From contig JAQBPR010000026.1 in NCBI GenBank assembly GCA_028287395.1, positions 914 through 64,913 on the forward strand: a DNA stretch of 64,000 nucleotides, in the 5' to 3' direction. Under the pieces are notes generated by a model. It searched no databases and was not told the origin of the DNA. It was given only the letters and a program-made list of their open reading frames with translations. Shown in pieces: positions 1-8,861 of the stretch. Both the position numbers and the translations under genes were made by a program. Within the stretch, counting starts at the first letter, position 1, and every line of letters starts with the position of its first letter. The DNA is from Bacilli bacterium (lineage in GTDB: Bacteria; Bacillota; Bacilli; Paenibacillales; NBRC-103111).

Positions 1-1
1 A

Positions 2-982
2 GGCAAAGCTTATTTCTCTGTGGTAGAGTTAACACATTTATCCGGAATTAAGCAGCATTTCCCGTCCGTAAGCGAATGCTTGGAAGCCTTTTATGGGGAT
101 AAAGCTGAGCGAGATACAGTCAAACAACGGATGGCCGACCTGCTTCGTTTCCTCCAAAATGAGAAAAATAAAAACATTAAAAAACTCGATAAATTAGCGG
201 ACACGTTATCTGATGTCAAAGATGCGGATCAGTGGAGAATGCTTGGGGAGCTACTTACGTCGTCTATGCATATATTTAAAAAAGGCGATTCATCTGTAGA
301 AGCGATTAATTACTATGACGAAGCGCAGCAAACGATCACAGTTAGCATAGATCCATTATTAACCCCCTCTGAAAACGCACAACGCTATTTTAGAAAATAT
401 TCAAAAAGCAAGAATAGTCAAACGGTTGTAGAAGAACAAATGAATAATACCCGCGCAGAAATTCTCTATTTGGAATCTCTATTACAGCAAATTGCTGACG
501 CTTCCTTAGCAGATATCGCAGAAATTCGTCAAGAGCTAATTGAACAAGGCTACATTCGCGATCGCAGTAAAAAAAGCAAGAAAAAGAAAAAGATCGAAAA
601 GCCTGCTCTATCTTGTTTTACTTCAAGTGAAAATATAGAAATTTATGTTGGTAAAAACAATACACAGAACGATTATTTAACGAATCGTCTTGCCCAATCA
701 TCTGACACTTGGCTGCATACCAAAGATATTCCAGGCTCACATGTCGTTATTCGCGCAACTAGCTTTGGTGAACAAACATTGCTTGAAGCCGCGCAGCTGT
801 CTGCATACTTTAGTCAAGCTAAGCAATCCAGTCAAGTGCCAGTCGATTACACTTTGATCCGTCATGTTCATAAGCCTAGCGGAGCAAAACCCGGGTTCGT
901 CATATACGATCATCAAAAAACTTTATTTGTTACACCGGATGAACAGGCGATTAAAAAAATGCAAACGGTTATTAAGCGCTAA
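2..982 (+). CDS. rqcH: RqcH/Rqc2 (FbpA/YloA, NFACT family) ribosome quality control protein, 5'-truncated by the window edge
   Basis: Frame open from base 2; motifs 'LTPSENAQRYFRKYSK', 'YVGKNNTQNDYL', 'WLHTKDIPGSHVVI', 'VPVDYT...KPGFVIY' typical of the NFACT-R C-terminal half. Confidence 0.93.
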   Translation, partial: GKAYFSVVELTHLSGIKQHFPSVSECLEAFYGDKAERDTVKQRMADLLRFLQNEKNKNIKKLDKLADTLSDVKDADQWRMLGELLTSSMHIFKKGDSSVEAINYYDEAQQTITVSIDPLLTPSENAQRYFRKYSKSKNSQTVVEEQMNNTRAEILYLESLLQQIADASLADIAEIRQELIEQGYIRDRSKKSKKKKKIEKPALSCFTSSENIEIYVGKNNTQNDYLTNRLAQSSDTWLHTKDIPGSHVVIRATSFGEQTLLEAAQLSAYFSQAKQSSQVPVDYTLIRHVHKPSGAKPGFVIYDHQKTLFVTPDEQAIKKMQTVIKR

Positions 983-988
983 TTGCAC

Positions 989-1027
989 AAAAGCTCGCAG
1001 TGGACTAAACATCCTCTGCGAGCTTTT
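989..1027. terminator. Bidirectional intrinsic terminator between convergent rqcH and galU
   Basis: AAAAGCTCGCAG-N15-CTGCGAGCTTTT inverted repeat. Confidence 0.85.
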
Positions 1028-1028
1028 A

Positions 1029-1901
1029 TTATGACCAATTTTTTACCAATTCCTTCAAATAGGCCAACAATTGCGGCTGTAAATCTTCTCGTTGGAGAGC
1101 ATATTCAATCGTTGCTTCTATATAGCCTAATTTATCACCTACATCATAACGTCGTCCTTGCTGCATGTAAGCAACCATCGGTTTTTGCAGATTTAAAATT
1201 CGCAAGGCATCCGTAAGTTGAATTTCTCCACCTCTGCCTGGTTGGCACTGTTCCAGAATATCAAAAATTTCTGGTTCAATTACATACCTGCCGATGACAG
1301 CCATATTAGAAGGAGCTTGTCCACGTTCCGGCTTTTCCACTAAATCATCAATATACTGCAGTATTCCGTTTTTAACCGATGGTGAAATGATCCCGTATTT
1401 ATTTACATCTTCCCACGGCACTGTTTGTGTCGCAATAACGGATGTACCTGCTTCCCTATACAAATCCATCATTTGCTTTATGCAAGGCGGATCGGAATCG
1501 ATAATATCATCGCCGAGCAATAGAGCAAACGGTTCATTTCCGATAAATTTACGCGCGCAAAGTACGGCATGACCTAGACCTAAAGGTTGTTTTTGCCGAA
1601 TGTAATGCACATTGACCAAATTTGAAACGTCCTGCACGATTTTCAATAATTCCGTGCTGCCTTTTTCCGCTAAAAGCATTTCAAGCTCAACAGACTTATC
1701 AAAATGATCCTCAATCGCCCGTTTATTCCGACCAGTAACAATAATAATATCTTCGATTCCAGATTCAATCGCTTCTTCAACAATATATTGAATAGCTGGC
1801 TTATCGACAATCGGGAGCATTTCTTTTGGCTGAGCTTTGGTTGCAGGCAAAAAACGAGTGCCTAATCCCGCAGCGGGGATGATTGCTTTACGAATGGTCA
1901 T
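1029..1901 (-). CDS. galU: UTP--glucose-1-phosphate uridylyltransferase
   Basis: '[31 protein letters not shown]', 'LGLGHAV', 'VEKP', 'EIQLTDAL'. Confidence 0.96.
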   Translation of the reverse strand: MTIRKAIIPAAGLGTRFLPATKAQPKEMLPIVDKPAIQYIVEEAIESGIEDIIIVTGRNKRAIEDHFDKSVELEMLLAEKGSTELLKIVQDVSNLVNVHYIRQKQPLGLGHAVLCARKFIGNEPFALLLGDDIIDSDPPCIKQMMDLYREAGTSVIATQTVPWEDVNKYGIISPSVKNGILQYIDDLVEKPERGQAPSNMAVIGRYVIEPEIFDILEQCQPGRGGEIQLTDALRILNLQKPMVAYMQQGRRYDVGDKLGYIEATIEYALQREDLQPQLLAYLKELVKNWS

Positions 1902-2817
1902 GTTCTAATCTCCTCTGATTTTCATCTTGTTCACGAATAAAACCTAAAAATGCTGCTGCCGATAAAGGCAATAAGGTCGAACGTAAATAAATAGAATAAA
2001 AACTGCGTGTAAAGCGAATCCCTTCAATCATTTTCGTGGTGAGCAAACCCAATGCCAATTCATGCTTTACCGCTGACTTAGATAATATAGTAATGCCTAA
2101 ATTGGCTTCTACTGCTGATTTAATTGCGCCTGTGTTGCCAAGCTCCATGACTATATTTAAAGATGTCGGATCATGCCCATTACGCAACAGTTCTTCTTCC
2201 ATTACCCTGCGTGTTCCTGACCCCTGCTCGCGTAAAATGAACGGGTAAGCAATTACATCCGTCCAAGAAATGAAAGGTTTAGAAGCAAGCTCATGCGTTG
2301 TTGGCAGAATAAGCATCAGCTCGTCCTTCATAACTGCTTCTGTTTGTACATCGGGATGGTCAATAGGCGCTTCCACTAAGCCAAAATTTAATTGATGATG
2401 GACAATTTCCTCCAAAATTTGCGTAGTATTCATTACCTTCATACTAACGGATATATTGGGATATTGAATACCAAAAGGACCTAAAAGATGCGGTAATATG
2501 TACTCCCCCATGGTAAGACTAGCTCCGAGTTGAAGTCTTCCCTGCAGCATGTGAGTATACTTTGTCATACCCGCTTCTGTTTCTTTCATTAATTCAATAC
2601 TACGTAAAGCATAGGGCAGCAGCGCTCTTCCCGCTTCAGTCAGTTCAATTTTTTTGGTTGTGCGCGAAAAAACCTTGCTGCCAAAGTATTCCTCCAAAGC
2701 TTTCACTTGCATTGTAACTGCTGGTTGAGTCATAAACAAAGCCTGTGCGGCGGCTGAAAAACTACCTTTATCTGCAACGGTATAGAAAATATGTAATTGA
2801 TGAAAATTAAGCGCCAT
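1888..2817 (-). CDS. LysR-family transcriptional regulator (CysL/CbbR-like)
   Basis: HTH '[26 protein letters not shown]', 'REQGSGTR'; start moved to ATG 2817 behind GGAGGG; overlaps galU start. Confidence 0.92.
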   Translation of the reverse strand: MALNFHQLHIFYTVADKGSFSAAAQALFMTQPAVTMQVKALEEYFGSKVFSRTTKKIELTEAGRALLPYALRSIELMKETEAGMTKYTHMLQGRLQLGASLTMGEYILPHLLGPFGIQYPNISVSMKVMNTTQILEEIVHHQLNFGLVEAPIDHPDVQTEAVMKDELMLILPTTHELASKPFISWTDVIAYPFILREQGSGTRRVMEEELLRNGHDPTSLNIVMELGNTGAIKSAVEANLGITILSKSAVKHELALGLLTTKMIEGIRFTRSFYSIYLRSTLLPLSAAAFLGFIREQDENQRRLEHDHS

Positions 2818-2854
2818 CCAATTTCCCTCCATGCATACATGACTATTTTACATT

Positions 2855-2884
2855 AAAAAAAGCATACAGTCACTTCTGTATGCC
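2855..2884 (-). terminator. Intrinsic terminator downstream of the 2901-3341 gene
   Basis: Minus strand GCATACAG-AAGTGA-CTGTATGC followed by T7. Confidence 0.8.
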
Positions 2885-2900
2885 AATGAAACGTAAAAAT

Positions 2901-3341
2901 TTATCTTCTCTTGCGACTATTTTTAATTAATGTCATTCGGCGAGAATGTCTCAGCCAAGAATAGTATGATTTTAAATCCCGTAATTCCATCGTTTCTGAC
3001 ATTCGACCTAGAAATGTAACAATGATCATTTTGTGCAAGGGATTACCCGCAATATCTGTCTCATTCTCAATCACGGCAAATTCAGCGACCATCACTAAAT
3101 CATCATCAATTAAATATACATCTTCCTCATTGCGGTAGTAAGATTCGACCTTACCGTCCTTTAGCTTTTCCCACAAAAAAGCGCATATATCTTCAAAACC
3201 TGTTTTTTCGATTTCAACACGGTCTATCCAACGAACGCGTGCATGATTCGTAATAACAATATCAGCAATTTTTTTATCAGCTAGTGCGACAAAGAAAGGC
3301 TCATAGGTGTTCCAACGATTCATCATTTTGTCTCTCATCAT
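2901..3341 (-). CDS. Hypothetical protein with a T-x-H-A-x-x-R motif
   Basis: 146-aa ORF, SD AAGGAG upstream, terminator downstream. Confidence 0.8.
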   Translation of the reverse strand: MMRDKMMNRWNTYEPFFVALADKKIADIVITNHARVRWIDRVEIEKTGFEDICAFLWEKLKDGKVESYYRNEEDVYLIDDDLVMVAEFAVIENETDIAGNPLHKMIIVTFLGRMSETMELRDLKSYYSWLRHSRRMTLIKNSRKRR

Positions 3342-3435
3342 CGCAGCTCCTTCCTATAAAAAAACCGCTCTAACAGCTCTACTATATTTTACTCTATCTC
3401 CGACAAAATTTCCAATATTTATTTCATTTACCACT

Positions 3436-3699
3436 CTATTGAGTGAAAAATTTCGCTTTGTCCTCTTTATTACTGCTGTACTCTGTTTTGATATCCGTTC
3501 GATAGGAACGTTCGACATTTTTCACGTAGGGAAGTTTTTCAAGATTTCGCACGGTTTCGTCTAAGACATCGGCATGCACATACATGACGACATATTGCAT
3601 TTTCTTCGATGTGTAATGTACCGTTCCGTAACGCTCTAAATTTTTTGTAGCTTTCAAATCATTGACCCATATAATAATGCCACAGCGTTCAACAAACAT
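3436..3699 (-). CDS. ylbG: YlbG family (UPF0298) protein
   Basis: 'LERYGTVHYTSKKMQYVVMY', 'LPYVKNVERSYR'; directly downstream of ylbF. Confidence 0.88.
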   Translation of the reverse strand: MFVERCGIIIWVNDLKATKNLERYGTVHYTSKKMQYVVMYVHADVLDETVRNLEKLPYVKNVERSYRTDIKTEYSSNKEDKAKFFTQ

Positions 3700-3754
3700 A
3701 ATCGGATGGTCCCCCTTCAAGATTTTGTTTCATAATAGTCAGTCATTGCTTTAT

Positions 3755-4213
3755 TTAACTACATTTGCCGCTGCAACCGCCGCCAGTGCTGCAGCTGCCA
3801 GAACTACAGCCCTCATCCGCTTGCACAAGGTTACTAGGCACTTTTATCGTAGTGGAGACGGAGTGCGCTATTGTTTTGGAAATCGAATACAAGAGGTCAT
3901 CCAGACTTTCTTCTGCTTGATTAAATCGACTCCACACGCTGTTTTGATGCAACTGCTCCTGAATCGCTTTCACTTGATCAAGCGCTGAATGATAATCCGG
4001 ATGGAAATGACCAAATCGTTCGCACTCTTCAAACAGCTGTTTTTTTGAAGCGAACAGACGAATCAAGGTCTTTACTTCCATATCATGTTCCATCTCGTTT
4101 TTCCAATATAAATAGTCGGTTACTTCCTCAGAAGAATTGATCCAATCCCCTAATTCATAAGCCTGCAATAAAATTGCAGACATGTCCATTGCTTTCGCTT
4201 CCATAACAGCCAC
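3755..4213 (-). CDS. ylbF: YlbF/RicF family regulator with Cys/Gly-rich tail
   Basis: 'ERFGHFHPDY', 'SVSTTIKVP', C-terminal 'GCSSGSCSTGGGCSGKC'. Confidence 0.9.
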   Translation of the reverse strand: MAVMEAKAMDMSAILLQAYELGDWINSSEEVTDYLYWKNEMEHDMEVKTLIRLFASKKQLFEECERFGHFHPDYHSALDQVKAIQEQLHQNSVWSRFNQAEESLDDLLYSISKTIAHSVSTTIKVPSNLVQADEGCSSGSCSTGGGCSGKCS

Positions 4214-4239
4214 AATATCACTTCCTCATCAGTAATAGT

Positions 4240-5973
4240 TCAATCCAAATCGTGGAATCCTGGTAAAATCAACTGCATTGCTTGCCACTGGTTTGGTGTG
4301 TAATGAACGGAATCAGAACGTTCCATACCGTAAAAACTCCAGCCAGCATCATTTTCTTGTACTTCTTTAGGTATAATCATCCACTCGCTATGTTCACTGC
4401 GAAGCTTTACAATGGCCTGCCAAGCGATGGCTTGCTGAATGATTTCTTTTCTTGTTGACGCATGATAATTTCTACATTCTTTCCACCAGATCGTTGGAAT
4501 TTCACGCCACAATGGGTAAATTTCATTACGACTGGGTAAAGAAGACTCTATTTCGTACCATTCAAAATGGTTTGATTGAGGTATTTCCGACAAATCCATA
4601 TTGGATCGTTTATCAGGTATTGCCTTTTTGGGAAGCAGCTTGCGAATTTCATTGGATTGAGACCAATTCACAATCGCCTTAGCTATATTATCAGGAATTT
4701 CATACAAACTGTGCTGCGTTAAGAAATGTAAACATTGATCGATTGATTTTCCATTCATCATTGCACGAAATATACTTTCTTGTGTAATTCGATAAACGCC
4801 TACTTGATCTGTATGTTGATGATCAGCCATATACGCCAATTCGAAGCGAATGGAAAAGCAAACATCAGGTGGGACGAGTATTTCATAATCCGGCTGTACA
4901 TAAAACTTTCCGGGTAAGCTTGTATTATTGGAAGCATTACGCAAATGAATCAACCACCGAAAAGCAGTTCGACCTTCATTGTTGCTCCCAAGCTCAAGCC
5001 AACCGAATGCAGCCAATAATTCCAACCAATCCTTCGGCAAAAAAACATGGGATTTTGGTTTATACGAATGTATTATATCATATTCTTGCATCCAATGAAC
5101 GATTTCATCTAATAAATGCCATTTATGTTCCAGTGTGGTTTCGACTTTTGTAATAAAATGCTCTAATTCAGCATCATTCGGTTTAAAAACATCGAGAAAA
5201 GTTGAATAAAGCACTTGATTCATGTCGATCATTGACTTCTGCAGCCATTGATCGACATGAGGCGAACATAGCTGAATACGTTGATTTTCCAATTGAATGA
5301 GATTTAAACGGAATGCCAAATCAAGAATGACTGCAACTGCCGGAGGATATGGATTGGATGCTAAAAAATGAGGATTCCATTTACAAAGCAAAGCTTCATT
5401 TAAACATAAAATCCCAGATAATCTTACAATGTGCCGTTTAGGTAAGAGTCCCTTTTTCGTAAGTATAATTTCATGTTGAGCTATATAAACTAGCAGAAAA
5501 AATAATTCAAAGACTATTCCGCGATCAGGACTCAGTTCGAGTTCGATATTCTTATCGTCTTGCAGTACAACTGCATTATCTGCCATCAGCAAGCCCTGCC
5601 AAATACCAAAGGCATTTGTGGGTAAGAAGTAACTGCATTCTCCCCAATGCTTCCGCATTGCAAAAACAATCCCTTTTCGCCTTAAAAGGGTTAGTCCTGT
5701 AAGCAGTTCTGCACCTGATATAGCTGTATTTTGTGCAGTTCGCTGCAAGCTGGGAAAATCGAACATCTGCGAAGCGAACTTTCTTACTATGATCGTTAAT
5801 ACATCGCTTTCCCATGTTTTCATCGATTTTAGCAAGCCCTCAAATACACGTTCAGATTGTAAAATTTGCGCTAATGGTATCCCTTCTTCTAATTGTTCGG
5901 ACACTTTCCCATCGTTCTCAATCACCTTTCTTAAAGCCGGTGGAATATGCAGCAGGATCTCCTCTATTTTCAT
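4240..5973 (-). CDS. XPB-associated protein with a Helicase_C_3 (XPB-NTD-like) domain
   Basis: 'FYVQPDYEILVPP...YRITQESIFRAM...FLTQHSLYEIPDNI'; ATGA overlap with the XPB stop; no Walker A motif. Confidence 0.82.
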   Translation of the reverse strand: MKIEEILLHIPPALRKVIENDGKVSEQLEEGIPLAQILQSERVFEGLLKSMKTWESDVLTIIVRKFASQMFDFPSLQRTAQNTAISGAELLTGLTLLRRKGIVFAMRKHWGECSYFLPTNAFGIWQGLLMADNAVVLQDDKNIELELSPDRGIVFELFFLLVYIAQHEIILTKKGLLPKRHIVRLSGILCLNEALLCKWNPHFLASNPYPPAVAVILDLAFRLNLIQLENQRIQLCSPHVDQWLQKSMIDMNQVLYSTFLDVFKPNDAELEHFITKVETTLEHKWHLLDEIVHWMQEYDIIHSYKPKSHVFLPKDWLELLAAFGWLELGSNNEGRTAFRWLIHLRNASNNTSLPGKFYVQPDYEILVPPDVCFSIRFELAYMADHQHTDQVGVYRITQESIFRAMMNGKSIDQCLHFLTQHSLYEIPDNIAKAIVNWSQSNEIRKLLPKKAIPDKRSNMDLSEIPQSNHFEWYEIESSLPSRNEIYPLWREIPTIWWKECRNYHASTRKEIIQQAIAWQAIVKLRSEHSEWMIIPKEVQENDAGWSFYGMERSDSVHYTPNQWQAMQLILPGFHDLD

Positions 5974-7670
5974 CGCATGTGTCCCTCCGTCTCAAATAAT
6001 TCTGCCTCCAATTGTAAATATTGATAGCCCTGTTCAATTAGAAATAATTGACGCTTTTGGGCAAATTGCTGCTCATTCGTATCTTGACTAACCAATGTAT
6101 AGAAATAAGCCGCATTATCACCCGACTTTGCGCGCATAATTCTACCTAAACGCTGCGCTTCCTCTTGTCGCGATCCATAGCTGCCGGAAATTTGAATAGC
6201 TACCGCTGCATCAGGTAAATCGACAGCAAAATTAGCTACTTTTGAAACTATGAGCTGCTTGATAACTCCAGCTTTAAAAAGACCATACAGTCTTTCCCTT
6301 TCATTATAAGGAGTTAAACCATTAATAATCGGCGCAACGATAAGCTTTGAAAGAGCTTCAAGCTGATCTAAATATTGGCCAATAATCAAAATAGAATCCC
6401 ATGGATGTTTGGCTAAGATCATTTTAACCATATCATGCTTAAGTGAATTTTCACCTGCGATGCGAAATTTATGCTTTGGTTCTACCGCTTCATAATGGGC
6501 TCTTTCCAATGCCGGCATTCTTACAAGCACCTCTGTACAAATAGCCTTCGCAATCCATCCCTGACCTTCCAGCTGCTTCCAGGGGACTTCGTGTCTTTTA
6601 GGTCCGATCAACGAAAAAACATCCGTTTCATGACCATCCTCACGAATGAGTGTCGCTGTTAAACCAAGCCTTCGAGTCGCTTGTATATCCGCTGTTGCCC
6701 GGAACACAGGGGCAGGCAGAAGATGGACTTCATCATATATAATCAGCCCCCAATCACGCTTTTGAAATAATTCCATATGGTTGAACAGTTCGTTCTTGGT
6801 ATTACGATGCGTTAAAATTTGATAAGTTGCGATGGTGATCGGACATACCTCTTTATATTTCCCGCTATATTCACCGATTTGTGCAACAGAAATATTCGTT
6901 TTTTGAAGCAATTCGTTTTTCCATTGCTTCACGGAAGTTACGTTCGAGGTTAAAATCAAAGTAGCGCAAAGCAAGCGTTCCATTATCGCAATACCAATCA
7001 CTGTTTTACCTGCTCCGCATGGAAGCACCAGAACTCCACTACCTTTGCTCTCTCCACGATCTTCTCGATAAAAAGCATTCACTGCATCCCATTGATAGGG
7101 ACGAAGTTCAAATGGCGAACCATTCGCTAATGTTTTCAACAAATCCAGATGAAATGATTCGCCACGATGATAACCAGCGCAATCTTCAACGGGATAGCCT
7201 AATTTAATGAGCTCCTGCTTTACTATACCGCGGCTGGCAGGATCAATTTCAACCATATTCGGATTAATCCAATGGGTTATGTGTTGATTTAGCGAAGGAT
7301 AAGCAAATAAATCGACTAATATATTTTCTTGTAAAGAATGAAGTCTTAAGTTTTCCTCACAAACTTCCAGTCGCAAACAACCGTAGCGATTCATCCAAAT
7401 CTCGATTTGATTACGAATTTTCGAAGGGATGCCCCATTTGCTGCATTCATTTAGAAAGGCCAAAATTTCTCCAAGTCGAATCCCCATAGCTGCGGCATTC
7501 CATAGGCTTAAAGCGCTCATTTTGTAAGTATGTATATAGGATGGACTTTTAACCAAATCAGCAAATTGATTTAAATGCTGCCTTACTGCTTCAAAATCAG
7601 GATGATTCGCTTCCAGCCAAATAGTGAAATCATTTTGCAGCAGCAGCGGCTTTTTTTCAGCATCAATCAT
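5970..7670 (-). CDS. XPB/Ssl2-like SF2 DNA repair helicase
   Basis: 'LRPYQ', Walker A 'LPCGAGKT', 'DEVH', 'LGLTAT', 'SRQEEAQRLGRIMR'; start ATG 7670 behind GGGGAG. Confidence 0.95.
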   Translation of the reverse strand: MIDAEKKPLLLQNDFTIWLEANHPDFEAVRQHLNQFADLVKSPSYIHTYKMSALSLWNAAAMGIRLGEILAFLNECSKWGIPSKIRNQIEIWMNRYGCLRLEVCEENLRLHSLQENILVDLFAYPSLNQHITHWINPNMVEIDPASRGIVKQELIKLGYPVEDCAGYHRGESFHLDLLKTLANGSPFELRPYQWDAVNAFYREDRGESKGSGVLVLPCGAGKTVIGIAIMERLLCATLILTSNVTSVKQWKNELLQKTNISVAQIGEYSGKYKEVCPITIATYQILTHRNTKNELFNHMELFQKRDWGLIIYDEVHLLPAPVFRATADIQATRRLGLTATLIREDGHETDVFSLIGPKRHEVPWKQLEGQGWIAKAICTEVLVRMPALERAHYEAVEPKHKFRIAGENSLKHDMVKMILAKHPWDSILIIGQYLDQLEALSKLIVAPIINGLTPYNERERLYGLFKAGVIKQLIVSKVANFAVDLPDAAVAIQISGSYGSRQEEAQRLGRIMRAKSGDNAAYFYTLVSQDTNEQQFAQKRQLFLIEQGYQYLQLEAELFETEGHMR

Positions 7671-7699
7671 AAGGCATGCTCCCCGGATCATTTTCAATA

Positions 7700-7730
7700 T
7701 AGTATGCCCAAATTACGTCTAACTCTTTAC
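7700..7730 (-). promoter_or_regulatory. Putative sigF/sigG-type (forespore) promoter for the XPB operon
   Basis: Minus strand GTAAA-N16-GGGCATACTA; the -10 matches GGnnAnAnTr and CATACTA consensus, the -35 is imperfect. Confidence 0.4.
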
Positions 7731-7781
7731 ATCTGGACTCATTAATCATATATTTAAGGGATCATTTTTAGGTGGTGAACT

Positions 7782-8297
7782 ATGAAAAAAAACCGATACC
7801 TGCTATGGTTCATTATCATTGTTGTTTTCATTTCATTGATTGGATGTACAAAGCAATCGAACACAATTCCCAATCGAACATCCGTAAAAGTCGAACGTGT
7901 AGTAGATGGCGATACAATCGAAGTTAAATACGAAGGAAAATCAGAAAAGGTAAGATTTATTGGTATGGATACACCGGAAACTAAAAAACCAAATACACCA
8001 GTGATGTTCTACGGCAAAGAAGCCAGCGCATACACGAAAAACCGACTTGAAAAGCAAACCATTGAATTGGAATGGGATGTAGAGCACAGAGATAAATATG
8101 GACGACTCCTAGCCTATATTTGGATTGGAAAAGAACTGTTTAATACAACATTAATTCAAGCCGGCTATGCAAGATTAAGCACTTTCCCACCCAACGTCAA
8201 GTATGAAAAAATCTTCACAGAAGCACAAAAACAAGCGCGAAAACAAGGAAATGGAATCTGGAAAGATTATAACGCTGCATTCGAAGCCAAAAAATAA
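7782..8297 (+). CDS. Thermonuclease (SNase family) lipoprotein
   Basis: Lipobox 'SLIGC'; 'VVDGDT', 'VRFIGMDTPE', 'DKYGRLLAY'. Confidence 0.93.
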   Translation: MKKNRYLLWFIIIVVFISLIGCTKQSNTIPNRTSVKVERVVDGDTIEVKYEGKSEKVRFIGMDTPETKKPNTPVMFYGKEASAYTKNRLEKQTIELEWDVEHRDKYGRLLAYIWIGKELFNTTLIQAGYARLSTFPPNVKYEKIFTEAQKQARKQGNGIWKDYNAAFEAKK

Positions 8298-8330
8298 AGC
8301 AAGACCAGAAAATAGCTTTCTGGTCTTGCT
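8298..8330. terminator. Terminator hairpin between the convergent nuclease and CBS genes
   Basis: AGCAAGACCAGAAA-ATAGC-TTTCTGGTCTTGCT perfect 14-bp stem. Confidence 0.8.
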
Positions 8331-8343
8331 GCAAGCCTTATCT

Positions 8344-8790
8344 TTAGTGAACTGTACTGGAAATTGTTTTGTCTGATTCCGATATTTTGCTTAGCGCATC
8401 GCTTGCTTCATTCTCAAAAATATTACGTACCGCAAGATCCCCTATGGCAACCACACCGACCAATTCTCCGTTATCGACAATAGGTAAGCGGCGAATTTGT
8501 TCCTTTGCCATAATTTTAGCTGCTTCATCCACTGTAGTGCTTGAAGGAACGGATGTTATTTTATTATCACTTATTACATCTTTTACTTGAGCAGAGCCTT
8601 CTTTTTTCTCAGCATAGCCACGGATAACAAGATCCCGGTCCGTAACCACTCCAATCAGCTTATTACCTTGCACTACAGGAATGAACCCAATATCGTTCTG
8701 CTTCATTTTAACGGCAATTTCATAGACGTTATCTTCCAAAGTTACGGTTACACAATCTTTAGACATAATTTCTTTGACGGTTTTCATCAT
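8344..8790 (-). CDS. ylbB: CBS-domain protein (YlbB/YhcV-like)
   Basis: Tandem CBS motifs 'IGFIPVV...GVVTDRDLVIR', 'IRRLPIV...GDLA'; start 8790 behind GAGGAGG; near ylbF/ylbG. Confidence 0.85.
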   Translation of the reverse strand: MMKTVKEIMSKDCVTVTLEDNVYEIAVKMKQNDIGFIPVVQGNKLIGVVTDRDLVIRGYAEKKEGSAQVKDVISDNKITSVPSSTTVDEAAKIMAKEQIRRLPIVDNGELVGVVAIGDLAVRNIFENEASDALSKISESDKTISSTVH

Positions 8791-8828
8791 TTTCCTCCTC
8801 GTATGATCACTTAATGGATGGTCTTCCA

Positions 8829-8857
8829 TAGGATATCCTGAGAAAAAAAATTCATGC
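8829..8857 (-). promoter_or_regulatory. Putative sigF/sigG promoter of the CBS gene
   Basis: Minus strand GCATG-N14-GGATATCCTA; B. subtilis ylbB is forespore-expressed (recalled). Confidence 0.45.
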
Positions 8858-8861
8858 ACTG

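Noticed and set aside
7671-7781. LexA (Cheo) box upstream of XPB
   Set aside because: No GAAC-N4-GTTC match on either strand
7782-8297. Thermonuclease as the nuclease partner of XPB (Bax1-like role)
   Set aside because: It has a lipoprotein signal (SLIGC) and would be extracytoplasmic; it is also divergently transcribed with its own terminator
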